Below are positions 11,927 to 24,810 of a DNA stretch of 64,000 nucleotides, piece by piece. Position 1 is the first letter of the stretch; each line of letters starts with the position of its first letter. Source of the DNA: Octopus vulgaris (Eukaryota); assembly GCA_951406725.2 (NCBI GenBank), contig OX597818.1:18662001-18726000 (forward strand), in the 5' to 3' direction. A program made the position numbers and the translations under genes. The notes under the pieces were generated by a model that searched no databases, was not told where the DNA came from, and saw only the letters and a list, made by a program, of their open reading frames with translations.

Positions 11927-12504
11927 CATACATACATACATATACATATATATACATATACATATACTTATTCTTTATTCCTATTAGCAAATTAGCACTC
12001 ATGAGCCTGGGACTGAATGCTCTTGTTCTATGTTCCGACACTAAACGCTCTTAGTCCAGATCCCAGCACGGTCAAATTCGCCTTTCATTCATTCACGGTC
12101 AATGAAATAAATAATTAACCAAGTACTGATATCAATTAGATAAAATTATCAATATTTCGTATCCATATAGGAAAACATTAGGACACCTTTCTTATCATCA
12201 GTGAATCAGACGTAGCTCAAAATGAAAAACACAAAACAAAAATACTAAACAAAACAAAAACGCCCCAAATCCCTTAAATTACACCCTACGACATTCTCAA
12301 AGAATGAAATGTTGCTTAATTCACACGTATACAAAGATGTGATGGTAACGACTCGAACACCTCTGATTACGTGATTACTTAAGCAGAGCCATCCTGGAAG
12401 TACATAACGAGCATTAGATGCAATTTTGCACAAAAGTTGAAGCTTTATTCTCAAGCATCAATTAAAATACCTACTAAATTCAAAAGCCTGCTATTATTTT
12501 TTAT

Positions 12505-13500
12505 GATTTCGTAATTTTGTCACAAAGTAATTACATCATAAACCAATAAATCGCTGTGAAATTCATCACCATACATCGTTCATCACTATACGTCGTTGAT
12601 AAATTCGTCGTCATGCCTTTTCTCTGCAGAGTATATACATTGCTAAAGATTATTTAAAATGTTTGTCTATAGAGCAAATATATTGCTAAACAATATCTTT
12701 TTTATCTGCACAGTGAGTACATCACAAAAAATTATTCAAAATATTTACATCATACTGTTAATACATAGAATTTCGTTAATAAACTAACAGAAATTCAAAG
12801 ATATAAATTTTTTAAATAATATTATTATTTTATGATATTATAACGTTTTATACTATTAAAATCAAATTTATACATTATGTACATGAAAAAAAAACAGCAA
12901 ACAAATCAGAGCTGCTTTTAGAATTAAAATCTCAAAAAGGAAAAAAAAAAAGTACAAACAGATAATAGTATTTTAAACTGGAGGTAGGAAGAAACCTTCT
13001 GAAAAGGGAAATTACTATTAGGAAAGCTTCTTACATAATTCAGTATTCGCAGTTTTGATATTCATTAAAAATGCATTGAATTTTCGCAGTAATACCTTTA
13101 TCATCATCATCATCATCATCATTATTATTATTATTATTATTACTATTCTTTTTTTTTGCCACGTAACATTTCTACACTGCGATATGATTGTTTCTTGTTC
13201 AGGATTTGAAGGATTGAAGATTTTTGACATTGAATTGCTTTTTTGTTGTTAATAAAATGCTGAGAATATTCTGAGAATAAAAAAAGAAAAGAACAATCTT
13301 TAACAATTTTGTTTTAACAATGTACCTACACTTCGGATTAAAGGCATGACGACGAAATTATCGATGTTGTATGTTGCTTAACAATGAATTTACGGATGAT
13401 GCACTGATTCACGCTGTAGTTAATTGACGTTAAAATTATATGGTTGTGAAATTACAAGCTCCGTTAATAATGAGGTGTAATTAGCCTCGAGAAATTTACA
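12505..13500. mobile_element. Old foldback/MITE-like element with diverged inverted arms
   Basis: gataaattcgtcgtcatgccttt (about 12598-12620) is the near reverse complement of aaaggcatgacgacgaaattatc (about 13341-13363), with weaker flanking complementarity. Ends unclear. Confidence 0.45.
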
Positions 13501-13770
13501 TCGTGACATCCAGTGTAAGAAGTAATATGTGACACAGCGGTGCTATCTGTCGCAGATCTATCCATCCATCAGTTCATTAATTAATCCATTCATCTATCTA
13601 CCCATCCATCAATCAATCCATCAATCCATCAATCAATCCATCTATCTTCTTCAGCCGGGGAAACATATGAACCTACGAGAGTGACAAAAGGGAGAATAGC
13701 ATGTAAACACTGTTAGTAGCTCCGAGATATAGTATTCTAAACAAGAATCATATATGCATATATATATATA

Positions 13771-15046
13771 TTGGGTAATCCCATAAATAATACGGTTTTT
13801 TTTAATTGCATGAACGAAAAGTCGGAGTGGGACGGGATAAACTACCTGCAGCAACTTGCTATAAAAGCAGATAGTAACTTACCTTATACATAGTGCAAGT
13901 TTTGAAGAGTGCAGTTCGATTTTAACAGTTATTTTTTCAAAGCTATAATGGAAGTGGCAAAGGAGCATATTGGGCATATTTTGTTTTGTGAGTCCAATAA
14001 AGACAACAGCGCAACAGAAAGTGTAAGGAATATTGATGGAGTATACGGGGATCGGACAATAAGCATAATCCAGTGTCAACGGTGGTTCCAGAAATTGCGA
14101 GTCGGAAACTACAGCCTAAAAGATGAGCCTCGTCCTGAAAGATGTGTAGAGCACGATGAGGACGTCCTACAAACCCTGGTGGAACAAAATCCCATCGTAC
14201 CTTTTGAGGAACTCGTAGAGAAGATTGGATTTGGTCATTCAACCATTCATCGGCACCTGCGTGCCATAGGAAAAGTCTGAAAATTGGGTTAATGGGTTCC
14301 TCACAAACTTCCCGTGTCTAATCGCGCGTAGAGAGTGAATGTGTGCTCTTCTTTGCTGTCACATCTCACGAATGAACCTTTTTTGGACCGAATAGTGACT
14401 GGTGACGAGAAGTGGGTTCTCTATAAAAATATCAAGCGCTGAAGACAGTGGGTAGGGAGAGGAGAAACACCTGCATGCTAGGCGAAAGAAGGTCTTCACC
14501 TACGTAAGGTGTTGTTATCTGTTAAGTGGGATATGATGGGTTTAGTCCACTTTGAACTTTTAGACCCAAACCAAACGATAACAAATGAGATCTACTACGA
14601 GCAGCACGAGCAGCTTAAGCCAGCGCTAGAAGAAAAACGACCATCTTTGGCCTCAAGACGAAAATTGTTCTTTCATCAGGATAATGCTCGGCCACATACA
14701 GCGAGTATGGCATTCCAAATGCTGGAGCAGTTTGACTGGGAAGCGATGCCGCATCCATCATAGTCGCCAGATATTGCCCCATCTGATAATCATTTATTCC
14801 GCAATCTCCAAGATCATTTGGACAGAAAAAATATGAATTCTGTAGACGAGGTCAGAACAATACTGCAAAAGTATTTTTCGTCACAGACAAATGAATTTTG
14901 GAAGCGGGGCCTTGCAAGTCTAGCAGATAGATGGAAGAGCATTGTAGAAAATGAAGGAGGGTATATTTTAGATTAGAAAAGAACTTTATATTAATTTTGA
15001 AAAATAAAAGTTAAAAAAAAACCGCATTGTTTATCGGATGACCCAA
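13771..15046 (+). mobile_element. Full-length mariner (DD34D) transposon
   Basis: TA-flanked TIRs ttgggtaatcccataaataatacggtttt / aaaaccgcattgtttatcggatgacccaa. 1276 bp. Confidence 0.95.
13948..14976 (+). pseudogene. mariner transposase pseudogene (343 codons, in-frame stops)
   Basis: WVPHKL, IVTGDEKW, HQDNARPH and SPDIAPSD motifs lie in one frame, with several nonsense codons. Confidence 0.9.
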
Positions 15047-16116
15047 TATATATATAAATATGTGTATGTATGCTTCACTGTATGACTGTGCGGACCAAAC
15101 TATCAGAACTTGTAATATATATCGCTGGTCACAATGCGCTTCCGATTCTTTCTTGATTTCAATATTCTTTTCCATCTTGTCCTAAATCGCATAACTCGTC
15201 TTCCCATAAATCGTCTTATTGTCGTGGAGGCCTTCCGATCATTTGGATATTACTCGGCCATTGGAACTATCCACCTGCAGTCTGTTAACCTTGCAACATA
15301 TATGGCCCAGCGGAAACTGTGCTTTTGGTACTCTCTCGAATTATCTCATTTAGAATATGCTCTTGTAATGTTATTCCTAGGATGGCCTTTTGCGTCGTAG
15401 CCAATCGATGTTCGTCTGTCTTCGAGTAACTCACTTTTCACGCACGTATAAAAGCACACAGAAGCTTTTGGTTATATTGCTCTTTATGGGTATAAAGACA
15501 TACTTGCATATATACATACAAACACAAACACACGCATATATACATAAGCTATCAGATTTCAAACGACTAATTACTGTCTAGAAAATCATCACCGGAAGAA
15601 GGGAGCTCTTTTATAGTTACTCATAGTTATATCTAATCTATAGCAACCACGTGTTATTCGTAGAAAAATGAAATATAACATGAGTGACAAAACAATGAAA
15701 ATATGTGTGATACCTACCAGCGTGCAACCATCTATCGGAGGATAATTGTATATATAATAATATCATTACATTGTGTTCTATTTCCTCAGAATTGATTAAC
15801 ATGCTCTAATAAATTCAAAAACGCAAAATTACAATATTAAATCCATTCACTCTACAGATGAAAAAAACCCAACAAAAACAAACAAACAAGTAAATATAGA
15901 TACTATGAGATGATAATGCTGAGTATGTTGAAAACGGAGCTAATTAAAATGTGTTTGTCAAAGTATTACTTATGGGTACAGATAATAATATATGTCAATT
16001 TGTGGTTAAGCTTTCAAAATTTCATGTCGTACATGCGCAATTAGTTAAATCTCGTGATTTCCAGCATTATCTTGCCATTAACATTCCCATATCAATATGT
16101 ATTTATATCATATGCA

Positions 16117-16717
16117 AGTGGAGAGCTGACAGAAACGTTAGCACGCCGGGCGAAATGCGTAGCCGTATTTCGTCTGCCGTTACGTTCTGAGTACAAATTC
16201 CGCCGAGGTAGACTTTGCCTTTCATCCTTTCGGGGTCGATAAAGTAAGTACCAGTTACGCACTGGGGTCGATATAATCGACTTAATCCGTTTGTCTGTCC
16301 TTGTTTGTCCTCTCTATGTTTAGCCCCCTTGTGGGTAGTAAAGAAATAGGTATTTCGTCTGCCATTACGTTTTGAGTTCAAATTCCGCCGAGGTCGACTT
16401 TACCTTTCATCCTTTCGGGGTCGATTAAATAAGTACCAGTTACGCACTGGGGTCGATATAATCGACTTAATCCATTTGTCAGTCCTTGTCTGTCCTCTCT
16501 GTGTTTATCCCCTTGTGGGTAGTAAAGAAATAGGTATTTCGTCTGTCTTTGCGTTCTGAGTTTAAATTCCACCGAGGTCAACTTTGCCTTTTATCCTTTC
16601 AGTGTCGATAAATTAAGTACCAGTTACGCATTGGGGTCGATGTAATCGACTTAATCCCTTTGTCTGTCCTTGTTTGTCTCCTCTATGTTTAGCCCCTTGT
16701 GGTCATTAAAGAAATAA
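16117..16717 (+). mobile_element. SINE family A head plus three tandem body/tail units
   Basis: A ~185-bp unit gtatttcgtctg...taaagaaata is repeated 3 times (about 16165, 16350, 16534). Confidence 0.9.
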
Positions 16718-17052
16718 GAAACGTTACTAAGCAGAGTAAAATGATGAGTGGCATTTCATCCTTCCTGACCACTTAAAGCAACAGACAGCGTATTACGCAA
16801 GCCCAGTACGGGCCCACTTATCTGTGCGGATCACATGTATACTAAACTCACATTTTCTTTTACTAAATTATGTTTTAAGGCTGCAATAATGTAATATAAA
16901 GAAAAAAAAAGGAGGGTAAGCTTTTGTTTTCGTTTTTCTTTTCATGACATCTTTTTATTTCCAGATTCTTGAATATCAGTGATTTTTTTCTAAAGCACTT
17001 TTAATTCTATCTCGCTATAATTAAAAAAAAACTCCCGCTCCTCACCCCCCCC

Positions 17053-17061
17053 CTGCTGCTG

Positions 17062-17116
<55 letters not shown>

Positions 17117-17120
17117 AAGA

Positions 17121-17191
<71 letters not shown>

Positions 17192-17220
17192 CACTACCAC
17201 TGCTGCTGCTACTGCTACTT

Positions 17221-17269
<49 letters not shown>

Positions 17270-17363
17270 CACTACCACTGCTGCTGCTACTGCTACTTCT
17301 ACTACTACTACTACTATTACTACTGCTGCTGCTGCTGCTGCTGGTGCTACTTCTACCACTACT
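17053..17363. repeat. (CTA)n/(CTG)n/(CCA)n microsatellite
   Basis: Direct inspection. Confidence 0.95.
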
Positions 17364-18187
17364 ATCAGCGGATGGGAAAAATAGCCATGAAGTTCAGGAA
17401 GAGTACTACGGCAAAAAGGTAACTATCAGTCTTACTAAAAAAAAGGCCCCGCTCATCGGTTATGACAGCAGACATGGATAAAAGAACGTCGTTTCTCCAG
17501 GCCATCGAGACAAACTTGAATTCAGATGTAGCTTGGTGATCTGAAAACGCAACAGAGCTGAAGTCCAAGCTCTCACCTTACAAGCAAACGCCCCAGTCAA
17601 ATCAAATTTTAAAATACATTTGAGTGTACTTTTTCTCAATTTTCCTTTAAAAATAACTAAAAAAAATCCCCCCCACAAAAGCACACACACACATATTTGT
17701 ACAATCACAAATGTAAACATACACACACACACACACACAAACACATACACACATCACATTCATTCTTTTAATATTGATTACGAACTAAAGGTAAGTATGG
17801 AATGTGAAAGGAAACGGCGCCGAGATAAACCTATAAAACATTCCCCTGTCTGTCGTCAAATGTTATCAATGTTTGGCTTCTCCTGACCTATATTGCAGGT
17901 TTCCGCCACCCCACCCCCACATATTTTTCCTTATTTCTTGCTTTCTTTATTTTATTATTTTTTTCTTTACTTCAGTTCTTTCTTTTCATATTTTTGGATT
18001 GATTTCGTTTTCTTATTTCTTTGATGTTTTTCTTCTGTTGTAGTATTTAAATTTACTCTTTTTCCTCCTTCCATTTCCTGCCTCTGTGCTATGCATGTGT
18101 TTCCCTTGTCTCTGTCTCGGTCCGTTTCTGCCGGTCTTTTGTCTGTCTGTCTTTGTCTCCATTTGTCTCTCTGTCTCGCTGTTCGCC

Positions 18188-18208
18188 GTCTATCTATCTA
18201 TCTGTCTG

Positions 18209-18276
<68 letters not shown>

Positions 18277-18301
18277 CCTACCTACCTATTTATCTACCTA
18301 C

Positions 18302-18384
<83 letters not shown>

Positions 18385-18470
18385 CCTACCTACCTACCTA
18401 CTTACCTACCTACCTACCTACCTACCTACCTACCTATCTAGATATCTACATATCTATCTATCTATCTATA

Positions 18471-18546
<76 letters not shown>
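18188..18546. repeat. (TATC)n/(TACC)n microsatellite, resuming at 20089-20220
   Basis: Direct inspection. Confidence 0.95.
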
Positions 18547-20088
18547 GGGACGCTGGACAGACGGCCCGGTTGAGTTGCTCGGGGTTTGGTTCGGTCCGGA
18601 CCTCCAAATGGAGAAGAACTGGAACGAGATAACGAGTAGGGTGGTCACTCTCACCCAGCAATGGGCCGAGAGGAAACTGTCCCTAAAAGGTCGGGCGGAG
18701 GTGGCGAACACGTACATCGCGTCCATCATCTACTACCGCCTGACCGTCGTACTTTGTCCCGACCCTACCATCACCAAACTAGAACGCATTCTCTTCCGCT
18801 TCTTGTGGAAAGGATGCGTCCCGATGGTCAGTTGATCCATTTGCTGTCAACACCCGTTAAAAGAAGGGCTGGGTATGCCATGGTTGATGATGCGCAGACA
18901 CGCGCTGAGACTGCGACATCTCCGGCTCTATGTAGACGACGGTGAACAGGTGTGGTCGCCGTTTGTGGATCAAAAAGAGGCCGAGGAAGGGCGAATGTCA
19001 CCGCGAGTGTCGCGTTGCTCTCAAGCAACTCTGCCGTCCCGGGTCGACCTTGAGTGACTTCAACACAACCAAAGCATTCTATAGGGGAGTGGAGGTACGA
19101 CGACGATCTTGGGGCAAACCTGGGCGTCGACGAGGAATACCTGACCCGCCTGTTTGAAACGAATTTCGGGCCGGGACCTATGGACAACTTCCAGAGATCC
19201 CTGGCCTGGCGGTGCTACCGAGAAGCGCTACCCGTTCGGGATAAGCTCTATAGGCATGGCTCGAGAAACACGGGGCCGACCTGCCCGAGATCCGGGCAGA
19301 TCGACGAAACCGCTCTGCACGCAATCGTGCAGTGTCGAACAATCTCCGACCTGTGGGCTTATGTCGAACAACTGATGTCACGTGTGGGATGCGTCGGTTT
19401 ATCAGCCGAGTCTATCGTTAATATCCTCACGCCTCATTCCTTCAAACGGGAAGGAAGAACTATTTTTATCATACTTGTGGCTATGGCGAAAGAATGTATC
19501 TGGTGGACGCACCTGAAAGGATTAGAGACAAACACTTTCCTCTCTGGTCAATCTCTAATCAACTTCTTCAAGTATCACTTGAAGAGGAAAGTGAGAGTAG
19601 AGAGGTAAGTTTTGTCTAGTGAATGTTTTAAAAAAAGATGGGTGAATGTAGCAAGGATGGCACGTATGAATGACGAAGCCACCTTGACTATGATTCTATG
19701 AACCGTAAAAATTAATACAGAGAGTTGCTTATTTGCACAAAAAAGAAAGAAATATAACATGTGACTTCATTGACCGAGGTTACCGTAGTCTCTTTCGTAG
19801 GCTTTTCTTTCCACGGGTAAACATCACCTGTCCTCCCTTTACACTTCATATTGACATTTCTGTGATAACGATCCCTATTGATCAATTTTTTTTCCTTTCC
19901 CTTTTTTTTCCTCACCTCCCCCTTTTTTTAAAATTTTATTTTATCCCCCCTTTTTTTTGTCCTCTTTCTTTCCATTTACGATCCCTTTTGATCGAAAACC
20001 AAACCCCCTTCTTTTACCCCCAAAAGAAAAGCTCTACCTTGTAATTTTGTCCTGTCTGTGTGCAGCCCTGTGTGGCTAATAAAGAAAC
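18547..20088 (+). mobile_element. 5'-truncated Tx1/L1-clade LINE inserted in (TATC)n
   Basis: LLGVWFG..W..RKLSLKGRAEVAN..LFRFLWKG..P..GLGMP post-RT motifs, zf-RVT-like LPVRDKL..CPRSG..ETALHAIVQC, and a 3' UTR ending aataaagaaac. Contains stops and frameshifts. Confidence 0.9.
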
Positions 20089-20128
20089 ATATCTATCTAT
20101 CTATCTATCTATCTACCTAACTACCTAC

Positions 20129-20220
<92 letters not shown>

Positions 20221-20279
20221 TTCCGATTCTCTTCAATGCTCTAAACATTCTAAGTTTTTCTTATATCTTTCGTCTTGCT

Positions 20280-20382
20280 CTTCCTTCTTTCTTTCCTTCT
20301 TTCTTTCTCTCCTTCTTTCTTTCTTTCTCTCTTTCTTTCCTTCTTTCTTTATTCCTTTCTTTCTTTTCTTTCTTTCTTTCTG

Positions 20383-20433
<51 letters not shown>

Positions 20434-20505
20434 CACTTTCTGTCTCTCCTTTTTTCTTTATTCCTCTCTTTCTTTTCTCTCTTTCCTTTCTTTCTTTGTT
20501 TTTTT
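20280..20505. repeat. (CTTT)n pyrimidine tract
   Basis: Direct inspection. Confidence 0.9.
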
Positions 20506-20964
20506 TATTCCCTTATAGCAACATTTAATCGGATTATACAATATATCACTGCATATGGTTTATTGATGTTATTTTCTGTAACTGTTGTTTGATGTTTTAG
20601 TTGTTGTTGTTGTTGTTGTTACGGTGGAAGAAGAGGCAGAAACGTAGGAGGCCAAATTGTAAAGTCAAGGTCCTACTTGCTCTTCTTTGCTTGGTCTATA
20701 AAATGAACCCTAAACATATTTTGTACTGAATGAACCCCGCTCTCTTTCTCTGTCTCAACCTCTCTGTCTGTCTCTCTGCCTCTGTCTCACTCTCTCTGTT
20801 TCTCTCTCCCTCCTTTTCTCCCCTCTCTCTGTCTTTCCCTGTCTCTCCATGTTTCTGTCTCACCCTCCCTCTCTGTCTCTCTCACAGCTGTAAAGTTGAT
20901 GCTACTCTCCCGTAACTCAAAGTCAGCCTTACTTAAATAGAGTATGCGTCACTTTAGCATAAAA

Positions 20965-21060
20965 CCGTTTTGGCGTCGCCAATGTGACGTCGCTGATGTG
21001 GCGTCGCCGTTTTTTGCGTCACTGATTCGACGCTGACTTATTTGACATCAGGCATTTTAA
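20965..21060. repeat. Degenerate ~15-bp tandem repeat (ggcgtcgccg..), MITE subterminal-like
   Basis: ttggcgtcgcc / gtgacgtcgct / gtggcgtcgcc / tttgcgtcact at ~15-bp spacing. Confidence 0.55.
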
Positions 21061-22454
21061 TGCTTCTCTTCCCCTTTATGGAGAGAGGAAATGTCTTTAT
21101 GTTAATAGCGTTCAATTGATAAATTGTAATGTTTTTCTCCCTTCCCCCTTTCTCTCTCTCTAGCTTCCTCCGTTTCTTTTATGGGTGCAAACATATTTCT
21201 CCGTAAATGCATGAAAAGATAAGCGTTTCTGTCAGTGGTGTTCAGTCAATAAAATGTAATGTCTTTTTCGCTTCCCCTTTCTCTCTCTCTCTCTTCCCTC
21301 TCACTCTATTTTACTTGAGCGAGCATATTTGTCTTTATGTGTATGAGAAAAAGGTAAGTGTTTACGTCAATAGTATCCAATTAATAGATTATAGTGTCTC
21401 TCTTTATCCTTCACACTATTTGTAAATATTTCTGGGAACGCGTGAGGACGTGCTTGCGCGCGCGCGCATGACTGTATGCGAATGTACGTGTGTATTTGCC
21501 TCCATTGCCAAAACGTACAGTCAAACAAATCAGTGTGAATGTCCAGTCAGCCGTGCCAAATCCACAGCGTCCAAACAGCAGCGCCCAGTTGACTCGTTCC
21601 AACTTAAGCCGTCTTATAGCATGATAGGTACGTGAACGAGTATCTTAGTGTATTGGAACCACAGATCCAGTCCTCCGGATATCACATGCATCGTTGTAGA
21701 CTGCAATGGCTTTTCCATCATGTAATGAATCTGTTTCATGTGGACAAGACTTAGAGATAAAAATGTATTGAAGTAACAACAGTAGGTTGCTGAAAGTTTT
21801 ATTGTTGTTCATTCACAAATAATATGTAAGTCGATGCATGATCAAAGGCATTCAAGCTGTGCCCATTCCGCAGGACCTCATTAATCAGTGTGTCCTTTTT
21901 TACTAAGGCGGCGGGAAAGAATTTGCGTGAGATGTGGATTGGGAGATTACGTAGATAATTCATGTTGTTATTGCTGTTGTTGCTGTTCTGATCAAGGTAT
22001 GCATTTATGTTACGACCTTCCCGCCATGCCCTACTTTGATGTACTCCCACAGCCACGTTATGCACTGTAGGGTCTCGGAGAGAAATATTTCAGAGCAGAA
22101 CAAGTATACTTTCAGGCTCTTTCTCGGAAGGGGATGGAGCTTTCTCCCACCCTATTAGTAATTCACAGATCTCCGAGTTCCCCTTAGCTTTTCGGACCCC
22201 AGAGAAATGGATCGGCTGAACCCCGCTCTCATAAGCCTCAATACACTGAATACTTCCTGTTTCAACTCGACTGGATGTAGTTCCGGTGAAATTTGGCTTT
22301 CATTTCTAACAAGTCAAGCAGATATGTGCAGGTTCCATTGTTGGCTAATCGATCTGTATTGATCTACATGGCGATTAGTATAGACTGGCATTTTATCCTG
22401 CTGTTCATACTATTGTAGATATTTGTAAGTCAATTCCGATTTATTAATAATGTC

Positions 22455-22578
22455 TAGTACTTTATTTTATCGATCCCCATAAGATGAAAAGCAAAGCTGA
22501 CCTCGGTGGGCTTTGAACTCAGAACGCAATGTTCCGGAAGAATTATCGCAAAGTACTTTGTCCTACGCTCTAACGATT
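22455..22578 (-). mobile_element. SINE family A (diverged)
   Basis: Reverse complement of the core: ttatcgatcccc..gatgaaaagcaaagctgacctcgg..tttgaactcagaacg. Confidence 0.7.
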
Positions 22579-23026
22579 ATGAGCCATTGGATTCAGATCA
22601 ATTGTTTAGTACTCATGAGTGCTGTATCGAACATTTACAATAATAGACTATTTACTCAATGTTCACTTCGTTGAATAAATGATGGCGTAGTATTCATACC
22701 ACATCTATACCAGTACACCATATTTCAGAAATTGCTCTTAACCGTAATAATGTTTCTATCTATTTTTATCTAAAATTAATTGGTGTGTCAATTAACAGAT
22801 TAGATTACGTTGATATACATAGTTCTATATATTAAAGAAATATGAGATTTTTCTATGGATGTTCCCAGGAGCGGTTGACATTCCTTCCAGTTTCATGAGC
22901 AAAGTGAAAGAAATCCGTTGCTGTGGTGAATGAAGTTAAGGAGAGAGAAATAAAGAAAGTAGCAGGTGTGGTTGACAATGGAAGCGGAAGTGGAGGATCA
23001 TGGTATATTCACATACATATATACAT

Positions 23027-23320
23027 GTGGAGGCCCAATGGCTCAGTGGTTAGGGCAGCAGACTCGCGGTCGGAGGATCGCGGTTTCAATTCCCAGATCG
23101 GGCGTTGTGTGTGTTTGTTGAGCGAAAACACTTAAAGCTTCACGACGCTCCGGCAGAGGGTAGATGGCGACTCCTTTTGTACTCTTTCGCTCCAACTTTC
23201 TCTCACTCTTTTTTCCCTGTTTCTTGAGTAACGCTGCAATGGACTGGCGTCCCGTCCAGCTGAGGGGAGAAACTGGGCCCATGCGCCTGGCTAGGCTTGA
23301 AAAGGGCGCATAAATAAAAT
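23027..23320 (+). mobile_element. tRNA-derived SINE family C, tail 1
   Basis: A box tggctcagtgg and B box ggtttcaattccc. Shares ~190 bp with 36095-36431 and 47742-48226. Confidence 0.85.
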
Positions 23321-23577
23321 ATACATACATACGACCATTAACAAGGAGCTTGCAAATCCAGTACCCAAGATACACTTTCAGCTTCATACCTATTATTAAT
23401 GGAGCAACAGCATACATACCAAAACATCTGGAGCAAAGTATGGCTGAACTTGCATCGGTTGTCATATTTTACGGCTTTTTCTGCATCTCTATCTCTTTTG
23501 TGCATCAGGTACTTGCCTGATATTTCCTGTTCCTAGATTGTAAACACATACCCTTCAAAGTGGGAGGTAGTAATCCG

Positions 23578-23801
23578 TATGTATGTATGTATGTATGTAT
23601 GTATGTATGTATGTATGTATGTATGTATGTATGTATGTATGTATGTATGTATGTATGTATGTATGGATGGATGGATGGATGGATGGATGGATAAGTATAT
23701 AGTTATGTACATATATTTGTGTGTGAATATATGTATGTTATATGTATGTATGTGTGTGTATATATATATATATAAATATGTATATATATAAACACACACA
23801 C

Positions 23802-23883
<82 letters not shown>

Positions 23884-23905
23884 TATACGTATATGTATGT
23901 ATGCA
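23578..23905. repeat. (GTAT)n/(GGAT)n/(TA)n microsatellites
   Basis: Direct inspection. Confidence 0.95.
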
Positions 23906-24810
23906 TAAATCGAGAAGATAATCTCTAACATATTCAAGATGGTACAAGAATTTAAACATATGAATTCAATGAGGTTAAGAAACAATATAACTCTACTGTA
24001 TGATACTTAATGTTAAAGAGTTGAATAAAAAAGGGAAAATGAGTTAGCAACATGATAATCAAATTGGCAATTACAAAAAAAAAAGAGAAACAAATCATTA
24101 ACTGAATAGCAATTTTGATAATGAATCAAAATGAAATGAAATGAAAAGAAGAGAAATATAATTTAAGTAATTAAAATAAATCAATGAAATAAAGTTGCAA
24201 GTGAAGAAAATGTTTTAAATGCTACGGAAGATAGTTTCTAACAAATACACAAAGCTCCATCGTTGGAATCTAGGTAACAAAAATATGGCGCATGTTGAAC
24301 TTGAGAAAAATCTTGCATATTTTTTGTTACTTCACTTACGTAATGTGTGTTTTAGCTGGTTGATTACTGATGTTATAATACTGCATGTGTTAGTATCTGT
24401 GTTGTTGTAGAAGCCATGATCGTAGTAGGGAAATTTCACGTTGTGTAAGATATATTATGTTATCTGGTCAGAATAACGTTAAGTTGGTCAGTAAAAGGTA
24501 TTTATTTTATTTATAATTGCAGAAATAAACTAGTTGCTGATTTAGGTTGGAGAAGTGTGTATAATTATAGAAGAAAACGTTAAAAAATGCATTTTAAACG
24601 GTAAAGATGTATACGCCTGCACGCCTGATGTTGATAGTGCTATGTGTCTATGTATGCATGTATGTATGTATGTATGTATGTATGTATGTATGTATGTATG
24701 TATGTATGTATGTATGTATGTATGTATGTATGTATGTATGTATGTATGTATGTATGTATGTATGTATGCATAATTGCTTGAAACCTTGTAAGAAAAGAAC
24801 TGCCTTCTAA

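Noticed and set aside
13909-14763. SETMAR-like host gene
   Set aside because: No SET domain. TIRs, TA TSD and stop codons identify a mariner copy.
23027-23100. tRNA-like sequences here and at about 27305, 36360, 48150 and 63613
   Set aside because: They are SINE heads with imperfect acceptor stems, fused to repeat bodies. Not tRNA genes.
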